A stretch of DNA of 64,000 nucleotides from Azolla caroliniana (Eukaryota; Plantae; Polypodiophyta). A program made the position numbers and the translations under genes. This document shows positions 22,342 through 34,248 of the stretch, in pieces (position 1 is the stretch's first letter; every line of letters begins with the position of its first letter). The notes under the pieces are model-generated. The model ran no database searches. It saw only the letters and a program-made list of their open reading frames with translations, and was not told where the DNA came from. The stretch covers positions 15,128,001 to 15,192,000 of the forward strand of contig JBHGNT010000006.1 in assembly GCA_043228905.1 (NCBI GenBank), written 5' to 3'.

Positions 22342-25192
22342 CATGGCACGCCCGTGGGACAGTACCTTGTACGTCGAATCCACCATCCGACCCTTGCTAT
22401 TCTTCGTCCAAAATATCCAGAATGCTTTGTTCGAGAGTCTCCAATGGTTTATCTTGAATTGGTTGTTGTTGTTGTTGTTGTGGTTGCTGCTGCTGCTGTT
22501 GTTGCTCCGTTGATGGCTATTGCGACTGGTCCGTTGGTGGCTGTTGCGGCTACTCCTCCGTTTGTTGCTCTGACACCGGCATTTCCGTCGTAGTGGTCTC
22601 CGGTTGACTGCTTCCGGCCTGGCCCTCGACCGGCGACGGTTCCTCATCACTAAGGTTAACCGTTGCCGCTTCCTGTGCTTTTTCTTCCCGAACCTGGAAC
22701 TGCTCGTAGCTCTCAAACTGGACTTGAGCGTCCAGCCTATCATCGTCTAGCTGAGCTATGAGTTGCCGGACCTGCACCAATTGTTCATCCGCCAGGACTT
22801 GGAAGTCTTCAGCCAACTCGTCCCGTATGGCGGTGAAGTCCTCGGAAGTCAACGTGTAGCAATCATCTCCTTCCTTCCGCCGGTTTTCCACGTCTGCCCG
22901 TAGCAATTGGAGTTCCGCCATATTTTGTGCCCACTTTGTCCACCATCTTATGGATCTTTCGTCAATCAAGCGTTTTTTCTTATTCAGCCATGCCCGGAGG
23001 ATGCATTGAATCCGGCCCGTTCCCATCTGCGATTTGATCTCCGCAGCTTTTCGTTCCTCCTTCAATTGCTTGATGATTTTGACGTTGTCTTCCGCCTGCT
23101 CCTTGTAATGCGTCAATTTCCTTTGATATGTGCTTTGTAATTTTTGCAATACCGTTGTCGCTCTCTCCCTTTCTTCCTGCTGCTGACTCTGGAGCTCCAT
23201 CCGGACCTTCTCCGCCTCGTCCAACCGTCTTGTATTTTCCGCTCGTTCGTCGGCGAGCGTCATCGCGGCCTGATCAACTTCCTGCCAGAGCTCGGCCATC
23301 CGTTCCTTATGCTCTATTTCTAGCCGTTTGTAGTCCCGGTGCAGGTGCTCAAAATCATCTATCTTTTGCTTCAGCCGTACGTTGATTTGTCGATGGGCCT
23401 GGTCCTCGTGGTCCTTCTACTAGCGGAGCTCCTCCTTTAGTCGTTCAATTTCTGTTTCCGCCGTCTTCCGCAGCTTGTCCTTTTCCTGCAACACTTTGTC
23501 TTTTTCCTCCCTTAGCCGGTCGTAAGCTTGATGGCCTTTCCAGAGACTCTCCTCTGCCCGGCGGAGGTTCTCAGCAGTCTTCTTTAATTCTGCTTCGGCC
23601 GTTGTCTTCAATTCCCGTTCACAGCTCCTTAGCGCTTCTTGTGCGGCAAGTTCATCTCTCAATTCCGCAAGCTCATGGGCTTGCGCCGCATCTCTCTCTG
23701 GAACGGTTTCCGTTGCCGGGGTCTTATTAGTATGTACATGTTGGTCTGTTTCTTTATTCTGTACACTTACCGGAGTCACCAGTGATTGGATCTGTGTTGC
23801 CGTTAAGGCCATTTTGGCCATTTCTATCAAGACCTGATCCAAGTCTTTTTCAAGGCACCGGATTCTGGACCGGGCCGTCTCTAGTTGTTTGGTTGTGGCG
23901 AGCAATTGTTCGCTTTGCGCTCGTTCTTCCGCCTCAATATACCCCACTGCTCCGGCAATCTGTTCGCCTATCCACCGGAGCCACAGGCTACCGGTGCATT
24001 GTTGTTGCGCTTGCACGGACGTTTGACGGATGGGCTCGCTTGTGGGTGGGTGGTCCCGCCTGATTGCACCGAGTTGCAATTCCGTTTTTGCCCGTGGACC
24101 ACCCTGCTGTCCTGGTTCCCCTTGCGCTTCTTCTTGGTTGGCTGAGGGAGGCTGCATTGACCTTTTCGGCTCTGGCGAAAAAGGACTTGCCGGTGCTACC
24201 GGTGGTGCAGGGGCTTCTGATTTCGGTGCCATGCGCACCGGTTCCAGTTCCTCCCTTGGCATGGGAGTCTCAGTATGGGGAATCGGTGTTCCCTCCGTTT
24301 GAGGGTCCGAACGTTTCCCGGCTGCCTCAACGGTCCTTGCCGACGACCGCCGCTGGAGGTGCTCCGTAGGCTCCTCCTCTATTTCCTCTTCCTGAGTCCC
24401 AGCATTGAGTTTCGCCGCCAAGGGGTCCGCTTCTCTATTCACCGGTCGGCGGCGTGTAATCTTTACGGGCCGTACCGGTGGTTCCTCCTGCACATCCGTT
24501 GGCCGCTTCCGACTGGCGCTCTCCTTTCCCGCTTGTTCTGTGTCCGTCGCCTTCCCCTTAGTGGCCTTAGAGGCCAACGGCTGTTGTCTTTTGGAAGCAG
24601 TCTTTGGGGTGCCGTCCGCCACTCTTCCCCGCTTCTTGGGTTGGACGGGCTCAGCGGGTGGCACAAGCAAGGTGAGCCACTGCGTTACTACGTGCCATAT
24701 CCTCCGTCCTTCTTGGCCTTCTTTGCCGTCTTTTCCTCTGACGATCTCGATCGCTGCACACAAACCGTCTGCGATCAATACCGGCCAATCCACCTTGATC
24801 CCTTCATAGGTGGCGATGATCATCCCTACCCGGTTCTGTGGCATGACAAGGGGTCTAGGATACACATGGCCGTATTCGTGGAGCACACGGGCAATCTCGC
24901 GGAACAGCATATCTCCGCCGCCTTGTGTCCGGTAGCCCTTGCTGGCTAGGGAGTACTCACCAAAATACTTGATGAGTTGCTCCGAGGTCAGATTGTCGAT
25001 CGTGAATATGCCTCCCTCCGGAAGGCCTATTAACGCACGGATCGCCTCCGCCGTTATGACCTCTGTGTCGATTTCTTTGATCACCTTGTCGGCTTCTTTG
25101 TGTGGCGGTACCTCCATAATCGTCAAGAAGCCCTCGAGCCCATGTTGCTTTAACCATTTCTTGGCGGCTTCCGAAAGCGTTTGCGGGTCCAT
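22342..25192 (-). pseudogene. Extra 3' ORF of element B (about 950 codons: conserved N-domain, P/E-rich linker, coiled coil, polyQ tail)
   Basis: ORFs 23420-25513 (likely start MDPQTL at about 25192) and 22550-23299 are in the same frame, separated by TAG stops; CAG/CAA tract at 22461-22503. Confidence 0.78.
22344..22360 (+). other. Inverted tRNA-Arg(UCU) PBS at the position where the PPT of element B should be
   Basis: TGGCACGCCCGTGGGAC, 2 nt inside the 3' LTR; matches the complement of the tRNA-Arg(UCU) 3' end (GTCCCACCGGGCGTGCCA) with a 1-nt gap. Confidence 0.8.
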
Positions 25193-28100
25193 GTCTGTGT
25201 CGAGGTCGGATTGTGGTGGCGAGGTTGGATAGTGATGAGAGTGAGAGTGAGAGAGAGAGAGTTTAGAAAGTGGGGGTTCTCTGTGCGTAGGTTCTCGTCT
25301 GGAGATCTTCCAACGCCTTGGTGCTTCTGTGCTCCTGGGTTCGCGAAAGTAGAAGGTCTCCATGTGCTGTGGTTTTTCTCTATGCATTCTGGCGCCTTTT
25401 TCGAGCGTGTGCACGTTGTGTCCTAAAATAGCATTATGTCCTATGGCAGTGCTTAAATGCCCACTACCTTTTCGCTCCTCGCTCTCTCGTCCGTTCATAC
25501 CTCGCTTTTGCATGATTACTTCGCTTTTCTTTTCTTTTTTTTCCTTTTTTTTTTTTAAAAAAAAATGTAGTGTGAGGTTACTTGTCCGTTGGTCCTATCG
25601 GACCCTTACTGGGCTCATTACGGTTTGTCGTCGCCTCATTCTCCCCTGTTACTGGCTTGCCGTCTCCTCCGTCTTGGTGGTTGTCGTTTCCCTCACAGGT
25701 TGCCGTTTCCGCACCGGTTCCCGATCCGGTGTCCCTCCTTTGCTCAAATGGGTTCTTGGGCATCGGTCCTCTATATGGCTTCAATCTGAATCCGTTGACC
25801 CATTTGCCTAGCACTTCGCCGGCAAGTGTCCCTAACTGGTAGGACCCATTATACTCACGTGTCAGCCAATACGGGCCGGTCCATCTAAACCGTAGTTTAC
25901 CCGGCATCTTGCCCATCCAGGTCTGAAATACTAACACCGGCTTGCCGATTTCGAACATTTTTTCATTTCCTTTCCTGTGCCGGTCGACAAATGCTTTCCG
26001 TCGCCGTTGTTCCAATTCTAAGTGCAGGATGCTTGCTAGTCGTTGTTCCTCGAGTTCACACAGCGTTGTTAACCGTATTGCCTCCGACTCCTTCTCGTTC
26101 AGCCGTTCCCGTAGCTGGATCCGTAAGCTTGGTACTTGGAATTCCACCAGCATGACCGCCTCTAGTCCGAACGCTAACCGGAACGGTGTTGTTCGGATAC
26201 TCGTTTTGTATGTTGTCCGGTATGCCCAAAGTGCGCTATGTAGCTTGGTATCCCAATCCGTTTGGTTTTCGTTGACGATCTTCCGGAGGATATTCTAGAG
26301 CGTTTTGTTCGTCGACTTAGCTAACCCGTTTGCTTGCGGATAGTACAGTGTGCTCCGTTTATGGACAACGGCATAGAATGTCGTCAGGCTTTCAACTACT
26401 TGGCCGAGAAAGTGCCCCCCTTGGTCGCTTATTAATTCAATTGGGCATCCGTAACGGCACCAGATGTATTCGTATAGAAATTTTGCCGTTGACGCAGCGG
26501 TGTTGTCTCATAAGGCTTTGGCCTCCACCCATTTCGTGCAGTAATCCGTCGCGACGATGACGTACCGATTACCTGTTCTCATTGCCGATGGTTTGAACGG
26601 TTCAACAAAGTCCTACCCCCACTTCTGGAATGGTTCGAGTGGTAGTACAGGCTGGTGTGGCATCCAAGCTTGCTCCGTTGGCTGGCCCATTCGCTGGCAT
26701 AGGTCACATTCTTTTGCGTATCGTACAGCATCTCTTAATGTAGTTGGCCACCATAGGCCACTTTGCCATATTTTCCTGGCCGTCGCATCTCCGGCATAGT
26801 GACCTCCGGCAACTCCGCAGTGGGCTTCCCTCAGTATGAGGTCCTTTCCATCGCTGCGCACAGCCCATCTCCATATGCCGTCCGCGCCCTTGTGGTAAAG
26901 TGTGTCTCGCAGTAAGCAGAAATGTTGGCTTTGCACCACCAGGCGTTTCCTTTTGTCCCGGTTCATCTCCTCCGGAGGCAGTCCTGTGCTCAGAAACTGG
27001 TGCATATTTGTGAGCCACTTGTCTTCCTATGCCACCGTCTCATCTGTTGTCGTTTCCTTAGTGACTCGAAATAGCTCCGCATCCGAAAACTCGTCAGCTA
27101 CTCCGTCGCCCGTCTCTCCGGACTCTAATCGGCTTAAATAATCCGTTACGGCATGTTGTATACCGCGTCAGTGGAATATTTCGAACTCAAATTCCTGTAA
27201 CAGTAAGGTCCATCGGGCCAACTTACCGGTGAGTGACGCCTTGGACACCAGGTAGAGGAGTGCCGAATGATCTACATGGAAGGAAAACTTCCTTCCCAAT
27301 AAATAATGCCAAAACTTTGTCACACTGTAGATCATCCCTAGAGCTTCCCGTTCCGTGGTAGAGTAGTTCCGTTCCGTTTGGGATAGCTTTCGCCTAGCAT
27401 AGTACATTGGCTGGTACCACTTTGGCTCCGTAAGCTGCATCAGTACGCTTCCGATTGCGATGTCAGAGGCGTCCATGAACACATGAAATTCTTTACTCCA
27501 ATCCGGAGGCTGCACTACCGGTGTTTGCGACAATAGTACCTTGAGGGCCCTATACGCCCTATCCTCGGTGTCGGTCCACTGGAATGGTGTTCGATGTACC
27601 GCGGCCAAGTATCGGAGCATCCGGTTGTGCCACCGGATCTGGCCTAAGAACCGGCTCAATGCCTTTGCCGTTGCCGGCGCTCGGGCTTCTAATATGTCTT
27701 TCACTTTGTCCGGGTCGACTGCAATGCCTTCCTTGCTCACAATATGTCCTAGTAGGGTTCCACTGGACACGCCAAATACACACTTCGCCAGATTCAAGCT
27801 TAGCCAGTATGCTCTACACTTTTCTAGACAAAGATGGAGGTGCTAAAAATGGTCCTCTTCCCGGCTATAGACGGCGAAATCGTCAAGGAAAACCTGCATA
27901 AAACCCGGGATATATTCACCAAAGATTTCCATGATGATTTATTGGAATGTTGTCGGTGCCGTTTTGAGTCTGAACATCATCACCACGGCCACAAACACCC
28001 CCCATTCGGTGACGAAAGTCGTTTTCTCTTGGTCGTCGGGGTGCATCCGGATCTGATTATACCCACTGAATTCGTCTAGAAAGCTATAGACCTCATGGCC

Positions 28101-28564
28101 GGCGACGGCATCCAACACTCCATCTGTGAACGGAAGTGGAAATGTATCCATTACCGTAGCCGCATTGAGTTTCCGGTAGTCCACACAAACTCGAATTTTT
28201 CCGTTCTTCTTCGGTACGACTACGATCAGGCTCAGCCATGTCGCTTTCTTTACTGGACGGATAAAGCCAACTCTTAGCAGTTTGTCGATTTCCTCCTTGA
28301 CTTTGGCGGCATAATTGGGATTCATCCGATACCGTCTTTGTGCCACTGGTTTTGCGTCCTTGCTCAAGTGAATCTGATACTGGTATAACTGAGGGTCGAG
28401 CCCTCGCATGTCTTTGTATGACCAGGCAAACACGTCGCGAAATTCTGTGAGAAGTGTGATCATCGCCGTTTTGTCTTCGAACTTCATCTCCTTGGCGATG
28501 TGCACCGGTTTTGCTTCATCTGTGGTCCCTAGATTCACCTCTTCAAGTTGCGACACTTTTACGC

Positions 28565-28740
28565 TTCCTGTTGGGATTTACGGTCCCTCCGGATGGGATG
28601 TCCGGAGATGAATGACGGCAAGCCCGGTTACGGTTACGGAACCGGATGATGAATAGTACCCGGTTACGGAGCCGGATGACGAAGACCCGGTTACGGAGCC
28701 GGATGATGAAGACCCGATTACGGAGCCGGATGATGTAGAC
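28565..28740 (+). repeat. Templated duplication of the flank/5'-LTR junction of Copia C
   Basis: ACGCTTCC-TGTTGGG...GATGTAGAC duplicates 28758-28937. Confidence 0.9.
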
Positions 28741-28765
28741 GGCCATTTCCCATTCCAACGCTTCC

Positions 28766-29141
28766 TGTTGGGATTTACGGTCCCTCCGGATGGGATGTCC
28801 GGAGATGAATGACGGCAAGCCCGGTTACGGTTACGGAACCGGATGATGAATAGTACCCGGTTACGGAGCCGGATGACGAAGACCCGGTTACGGAGCCGGA
28901 TGATGAAGACCCGATTACGGAGCCGGATGATGTAGACCCCGGCCATGGAGCCGGATGACGAATGTACCCGGAGAGCGATCCGGATGCGGGGACATATTTG
29001 TGAATATGTTTGCCAAGAGCCCTTGAGGCTATATTTGTAAATAGCCCGAAAGTCATATGTGTATAAATATGACTTAGGGCAAACAGTTTTGTAGTTGTTG
29101 CTCATTTTATGTTCTAGAGAGAGAGAGCAGAGTGAGAGCAG

Positions 29142-29183
<42 letters not shown>

Positions 29184-32100
29184 AACGAAGAGGTCGACGC
29201 CTCTGTGCAATACCGCCGCCTGTGGCGAGGACTGCGAGCTCAAGGTCGCCGCCTTGCAGCTCGCCATTGTATATTTCTCTGTGCATAGTTTGGTTTGGAG
29301 TCTCGCACTCCCGTGGTTTTTCCCGTATAGGGTTTTCCACGTTAATCCCTGTGTATCGCGTCTTTCTCTGTATTTCCTATTTTCTGCTGCATTGATCCGC
29401 GATTACTCGGTTGTGGCCGAGCGGAGAAGGTGAATCTGAGCGTTGATTTGCAACAAACTGGTATCAGAGCGACGGCAGTGCAGAAAATGGAAGGCGGCAG
29501 CAGCGGGCAGCCGGGGATGATGGTGCTGAATGCGCAGAACTACGCCGACTGGAAGATCAAGATGGAGGATCTTCTGATTGTTCGGGACCTATACGAACCG
29601 ATTGACAGGTCGGAAATACCGAAAGGGGTACTTGAGTCGGAGTGGAAGCTCCTGAACCGGAAAGCCGTAGCAACGATCCGACAATATGTCGATGTAAGCG
29701 TCCTACAACACGTGGCGAACGACACCAACGCATACGAGATGTGGAAGAAGCTGTCGGGCCTCTACGAGAGGAAGAATGCGTTGAACCGGACCTCCCTGAT
29801 GAGAAAGATAGTGAATCTCAAGTACCGGGACGGCGAGAGTATGGTGGAACACGTAAGCACGTTCATGGGATTCGTGAACCAGCTTGCGGCGATCAAGTTC
29901 CCGTTGGAGGATGCAATGCAAGCCATCATCCTGATGTGCACATTGCCGGACAGCTGGGAGAACTTGGTGGTGACTCTCAGCACCTCCTGCACCGAAGATA
30001 ACTTGTCCTTACAAACGGTAAAGACAAGTATTTTGAACGAAGAAGCGCGTCGGAGAGATAAAGAACCGGCCTCCGACACGAAGGCGCTGCTTACCGAATC
30101 GGATCGGGGAAGACAATGGAACCGGAGTCCGCAGAGACGGGAGAAGTCGGGGACCCGGTCGCAGTCAAGAGGAAGGCCCACATGCTTCCACTGTGGGAAG
30201 CCGGGGCACTTCCGGAAGAATTGTCGGCATTACCGAAAAGACAACGGAGCCGACGACACCGATTCGAAGAAGTCACCGGAGCGAAACGGTGCATACCGGG
30301 GAGCCACGGACCGGAGAGGTCCGGATCGGCGAGGGCAGGACCGGAAAGGAACGACAGCACTCGCGGCAAGTGAAGAAGAGATAATGCTCATTACCGAAGA
30401 GAGGGAGCTGAACCTTGCCGGAGAAGAGATGACCTGGGTGGTCGATTCCAGAGCGTCGTTCCACCTGACCCCGGAGAAGAAATACTTCTCATCCTACATA
30501 GCCGGTGAGCACGGCTGTGTCCGGATGGGAAATGAAGGAACATGCCGGATTGCCGGCATAGGAGACGTGTGGCTGATGACATCAACCGGATGCAAGATGC
30601 TGCTGAAGGATGTGCGACATGTTCCGGAGGTCCGATTGAACCTGATCTCGGCCGGGAGGCTAGATGATGAAGGTTACACGGGTAGCATCCGGAACGGTGT
30701 CATGAAGTTCAGCAAGGGGAGCCTGATAGTGGCTCGGGCCCGGAAGATCAACACACTGTACCTGATGAATTCCCGGCTATGTCCGGAGGAGCTGAATGTG
30801 GCAGCCGACACTGCCGGTGAGCTGTGGCACAAGAGACTGTGCCACATGAGTGAGAAGGGGATGAAGAGGCTTGCAGATGACAACCTCATTCCAGTGAAGC
30901 ATGTGCACCTGGAGAAGTGCACCGATTGCCTAGCCGGTAAGCAGAACCGAGCCTCCTTCCACTCAAGGCCACCGACGAGACGTAGCGCACCATTGGAGTT
31001 GGTGCACACTGACGTGTGTCAAGTGGAAACGAAGTCACATGGCGGAGCCCAGTACTTCGTGACATTCATTGATGACCACAGCCGGAAGCTGTGGACGGCA
31101 CCGTTGAAGACAAAGGACCAAGTATTGTCCGTCTTCAAAGAACTCCACGCGAGAGTGGAAAGGGAATCCGGCAAGGAGCTGAAAGCGATACGAGCGGATA
31201 ACGGAGGGGAATACCGGGGGCAGTTCCAGGAGTACTGTCGCTCGAAGGGAATCCGGCTCGAGTTTACAGTGCCGAAGACGCCGGAACTGAACGGGCTGGC
31301 CGAGAGGATGAACCGGACCATAATGGAGAGGGTCCGGAGTATGCTGGCGCATGCGAAATTACCCAAGGGGTTTTGGGCTGAGGCAATGTCGACAGCGACA
31401 TACGTGATTAACAGATCACCCTCAGTACCTTTGGACGGAGACACGCCGCAGAGAGTGTGGACCGGTAGGGAAGTGTCCTACCGGCATCTGAAGGTGTTCG
31501 GGTGTCTCGCATATGTGCATGTGGCAAAGGACCGGAGAGGAAAGCTAGATCCAAAGACCCGTCCATGCATATTCCTCGGTTACGGCGACGACGAGTTCGG
31601 CTACCGAGTATGGGACCCGGTCGACAGGAAGATATTCAGGAGTCGAGATATCATCTTCATGGAGGACAAGACACTCGCCGACTGGGAGTCGGAGAAGAAG
31701 ATGAAGAGCTCCAAGTCGACCGGTGAGAATCAACTCTACGAGGAGCAGTCCCGACCGGCAAGAGACCGGTTAGCACTCGAGGATCCGGCCGAAGACGGTG
31801 AAGAAACAGAACCGGCCGAAGAAGATGAATATGATACCGGAACCGGCCCCGATCCCGAAATGGATTCGGATGAAGAAGAATCGGAAGAACCGGTTACCGA
31901 AGCTCCGGAACGGAGATATCCTCTAAGAGAGAGAAGGGCCCCCCGGAGATTTCCGGAACCAGAGCACGTGCTGCTAACCGACGAGGGGGAGCCGGAGAGC
32001 TTTGAAGAAGCAAAGCATGACACCCATAGCCGCAGGTGGTTAAGTGCCATGCAGGAGGAGATGGATTCCCTGCATGAGAACCACACATATGAACTTGTGG

Positions 32101-34248
32101 AGTTGCCGAAAGGAAAACGGGCACTCCGTAACAAGTGGGTGTTCAAGCTGAAACCGGGAGATGCCGGAAAGCCCCCAAGATACAAAGCCAGGATCGTGGT
32201 GAAGGGGTTCCAGCAGAAGAAGGGCGTCGACTTCGACGAGATATTTGCCCCGGTAGTGAAGATGACCTCCATCCGGACGGTGCTGAGCATAGCGGCAAGC
32301 ATGGACCTCGAGGTAGAACAGATGGACGTGAAGACGGCATTCCTTCACGGTGACCTCGAAGAAGAGATCTACATGCAGCAACCGGAAGGATTCGAGAAGA
32401 AAGGAAAGGAGCACCTGGTATGCCGGTTGAAGAAGAGCCTTTACGGACTGAAGCAGGCTCCCCGGCAATGGTACCGGAAGTTCGACTCCTTCATGACAGA
32501 CGAAGGGTACCTCAAAACGCAGTCCGACCACTGCGTGTTTGTGAAGAAGTTCGACGGAGGAGACTCTCTAATACTCCTCCTGTACGTGGACGACATGTTG
32601 ATCGTCGGACGGGACCAGGTCAAGATACAGATGCTGAAGAAGGCCCTTCACCGAACCTTCTCAATGAAAGACCTGGGTCCGGCGAAGCAAATACTAGGGA
32701 TGCACATCATCCGAGACCGGAAGAAGAAGCAGTTGTGGCTGTCACAGGAGAAGTACGTGACGAAGGTGCTTCACCGGTTCAACATGTCGGAGGCAAGACC
32801 GGTCGGATCGACCCTCCCGGCAAACTGCAAGCTGTCCAGCAAGCAAAGTCCCAAGACAAAGGCTGAGAAGGAGGACATGATGAAAGTACCATATGCCTCT
32901 GCCGTCGGAAGCTTGATGTACGCAATGGTGTGTACAAGACCGGACATTGGATACGCAGTCGGAGTGGTGAGCCGGTACATGAGCAATCCCGGTAAGGAGC
33001 ACTGGAACGCGGTCAAGTGGATGCTCCGATACCTGAAGGGCACGGCAAACGTGTGCCTCCGATTCGGCTCCGGTAAGCCCGAACTCGATGGATTTACCGA
33101 TTCGGATATGTCGGCTGATGCAGATACCAGCCGGTCCACATCAGGGTATGTGATGACATATGCAGGGGGAGCTGTTTCGTGGCAGTCGAGGCTGCAGAAG
33201 ACGGTTGCGTTGTCAACCACGGAGGCGGAGTACATGGCGGCTGTTGAAGCCGGCAAGGAAATAATATGGATGAAGGACTTCATTAGAGAGCTTGGTATCC
33301 GGCAGGAGGAGTACCGACTCTACTGCGACAGTCAGAGTGCCATCCACCTTGCGAAGAACGCGGCCTATCACTCCCGGACGAAGCACATCCAGCGAAGATA
33401 TCACTGGATCCGGGAAAGGATAGAAGACCAGGAGTTCGTGTTGACGAAGATCCACACGGGCGAGAACGGGTCAGATATGCTGACCAAAGTGCTCACACCC
33501 GACAAGCTAGAAGCATGCCGGAAGAGGATCGGATTGGAGAAACATCCCATGCCGAAGTGAAGGGGGAGTTTGTTGGGATTTACGGTCCCTCCGGATGGGA
33601 TGTCCGGAGATGAATGACGGCAAGCCCGGTTACGGTTACGGAACCGGATGATGAATAGTACCCGGTTACGGAGCCGGATGACGAAGACCCGGTTACGGAG
33701 CCGGATGACGAAGACCCGGTTACGGAGCCGGATGATGTAGACCCCGGCCATGGAGCCGGATGACGAATGTACCCGGAGAGAGATCCGGATGCGGGGACAT
33801 ATTTGTGAATATGTTTGCCAAGAGCCCTTGAGGCTATATTTGTAAATAGCCCGAAAGTCATATGTGTATAAATATGACTTAGCGCAAACAGTTTTATAGT
33901 TGTTGCTCATTTTATGTTCTAGAGAGAGAGAGCAGAGTGAGAGCAGCCGAGAGAGAGAGAGAGAGAGAGAGAAAGAAACGAAGAGGTCGACGCCTCTGTG
34001 CAATACCGCCGCCTGTGGCGAGGACTGCGAGCTCAAGGTCGCCGCCTTGCAGCTCGCCATTGTATATTTCTCTGTGCATAGTTTGGTTTGGAGTCTCGCA
34101 CTCCCGTGGTTTTTCCCGTATAGGGTTTTCCACGTTAATCCCTGTGTATCGCGTCTTTCTCTGTATTTCCTATTTTCTGCTGCATTGATCCGCGATTACT
34201 CGGTTGTGGCCGAGCGGAGAAGGTGAATCTGAGCGTTGATTTGCAACA
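28766..34248 (+). mobile_element. Copia C: young full-length Ty1/Copia (Tnt1/Tork-like); LTRs 28766-29455 and 33571-34248; TSD CTTCC
   Basis: PBS TGGTATCAGAGC at 29459-29470 (tRNA-iMet); PPT GAAGTGAAGGGGGAG; LTRs differ by about 5 substitutions and a 12-bp (GA)n length change; 27-bp tandem repeats in U3. Confidence 0.97.
29487..33560 (+). CDS. Copia gag-pol polyprotein (Gag-PR-IN-RT-RH), uninterrupted reading frame
   Basis: CFHCGKPGHFRKNC; VDSRAS (protease, mutated Gly); WHKRLCH..CTDC; HTDVC; RADNGGEY; MDVKTAFLHG; LYVDDM; FTDSD; STTEAEY. Confidence 0.96.
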   Translation: MEGGSSGQPGMMVLNAQNYADWKIKMEDLLIVRDLYEPIDRSEIPKGVLESEWKLLNRKAVATIRQYVDVSVLQHVANDTNAYEMWKKLSGLYERKNALNRTSLMRKIVNLKYRDGESMVEHVSTFMGFVNQLAAIKFPLEDAMQAIILMCTLPDSWENLVVTLSTSCTEDNLSLQTVKTSILNEEARRRDKEPASDTKALLTESDRGRQWNRSPQRREKSGTRSQSRGRPTCFHCGKPGHFRKNCRHYRKDNGADDTDSKKSPERNGAYRGATDRRGPDRRGQDRKGTTALAASEEEIMLITEERELNLAGEEMTWVVDSRASFHLTPEKKYFSSYIAGEHGCVRMGNEGTCRIAGIGDVWLMTSTGCKMLLKDVRHVPEVRLNLISAGRLDDEGYTGSIRNGVMKFSKGSLIVARARKINTLYLMNSRLCPEELNVAADTAGELWHKRLCHMSEKGMKRLADDNLIPVKHVHLEKCTDCLAGKQNRASFHSRPPTRRSAPLELVHTDVCQVETKSHGGAQYFVTFIDDHSRKLWTAPLKTKDQVLSVFKELHARVERESGKELKAIRADNGGEYRGQFQEYCRSKGIRLEFTVPKTPELNGLAERMNRTIMERVRSMLAHAKLPKGFWAEAMSTATYVINRSPSVPLDGDTPQRVWTGREVSYRHLKVFGCLAYVHVAKDRRGKLDPKTRPCIFLGYGDDEFGYRVWDPVDRKIFRSRDIIFMEDKTLADWESEKKMKSSKSTGENQLYEEQSRPARDRLALEDPAEDGEETEPAEEDEYDTGTGPDPEMDSDEEESEEPVTEAPERRYPLRERRAPRRFPEPEHVLLTDEGEPESFEEAKHDTHSRRWLSAMQEEMDSLHENHTYELVELPKGKRALRNKWVFKLKPGDAGKPPRYKARIVVKGFQQKKGVDFDEIFAPVVKMTSIRTVLSIAASMDLEVEQMDVKTAFLHGDLEEEIYMQQPEGFEKKGKEHLVCRLKKSLYGLKQAPRQWYRKFDSFMTDEGYLKTQSDHCVFVKKFDGGDSLILLLYVDDMLIVGRDQVKIQMLKKALHRTFSMKDLGPAKQILGMHIIRDRKKKQLWLSQEKYVTKVLHRFNMSEARPVGSTLPANCKLSSKQSPKTKAEKEDMMKVPYASAVGSLMYAMVCTRPDIGYAVGVVSRYMSNPGKEHWNAVKWMLRYLKGTANVCLRFGSGKPELDGFTDSDMSADADTSRSTSGYVMTYAGGAVSWQSRLQKTVALSTTEAEYMAAVEAGKEIIWMKDFIRELGIRQEEYRLYCDSQSAIHLAKNAAYHSRTKHIQRRYHWIRERIEDQEFVLTKIHTGENGSDMLTKVLTPDKLEACRKRIGLEKHPMPK

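Noticed and set aside
28569-28740. Third LTR or tandem Copia insertion
   Set aside because: Only about 170 bp of LTR, includes the host flank and has microhomology ends; better explained as a repair duplication.
15837-28765. Similar TSDs CCTTC and CTTCC suggesting a shared target preference
   Set aside because: Different superfamilies, and the other TSDs (ATCAT, GACTG, CATCT, GAAAT) are unrelated; consistent with chance.
28578-29433. Duplicated ORFs in LTRs (also 33401-34226, 54110-54344, 60694-60928)
   Set aside because: They arise from LTR microsatellites and 27-bp repeats and have no protein motifs.
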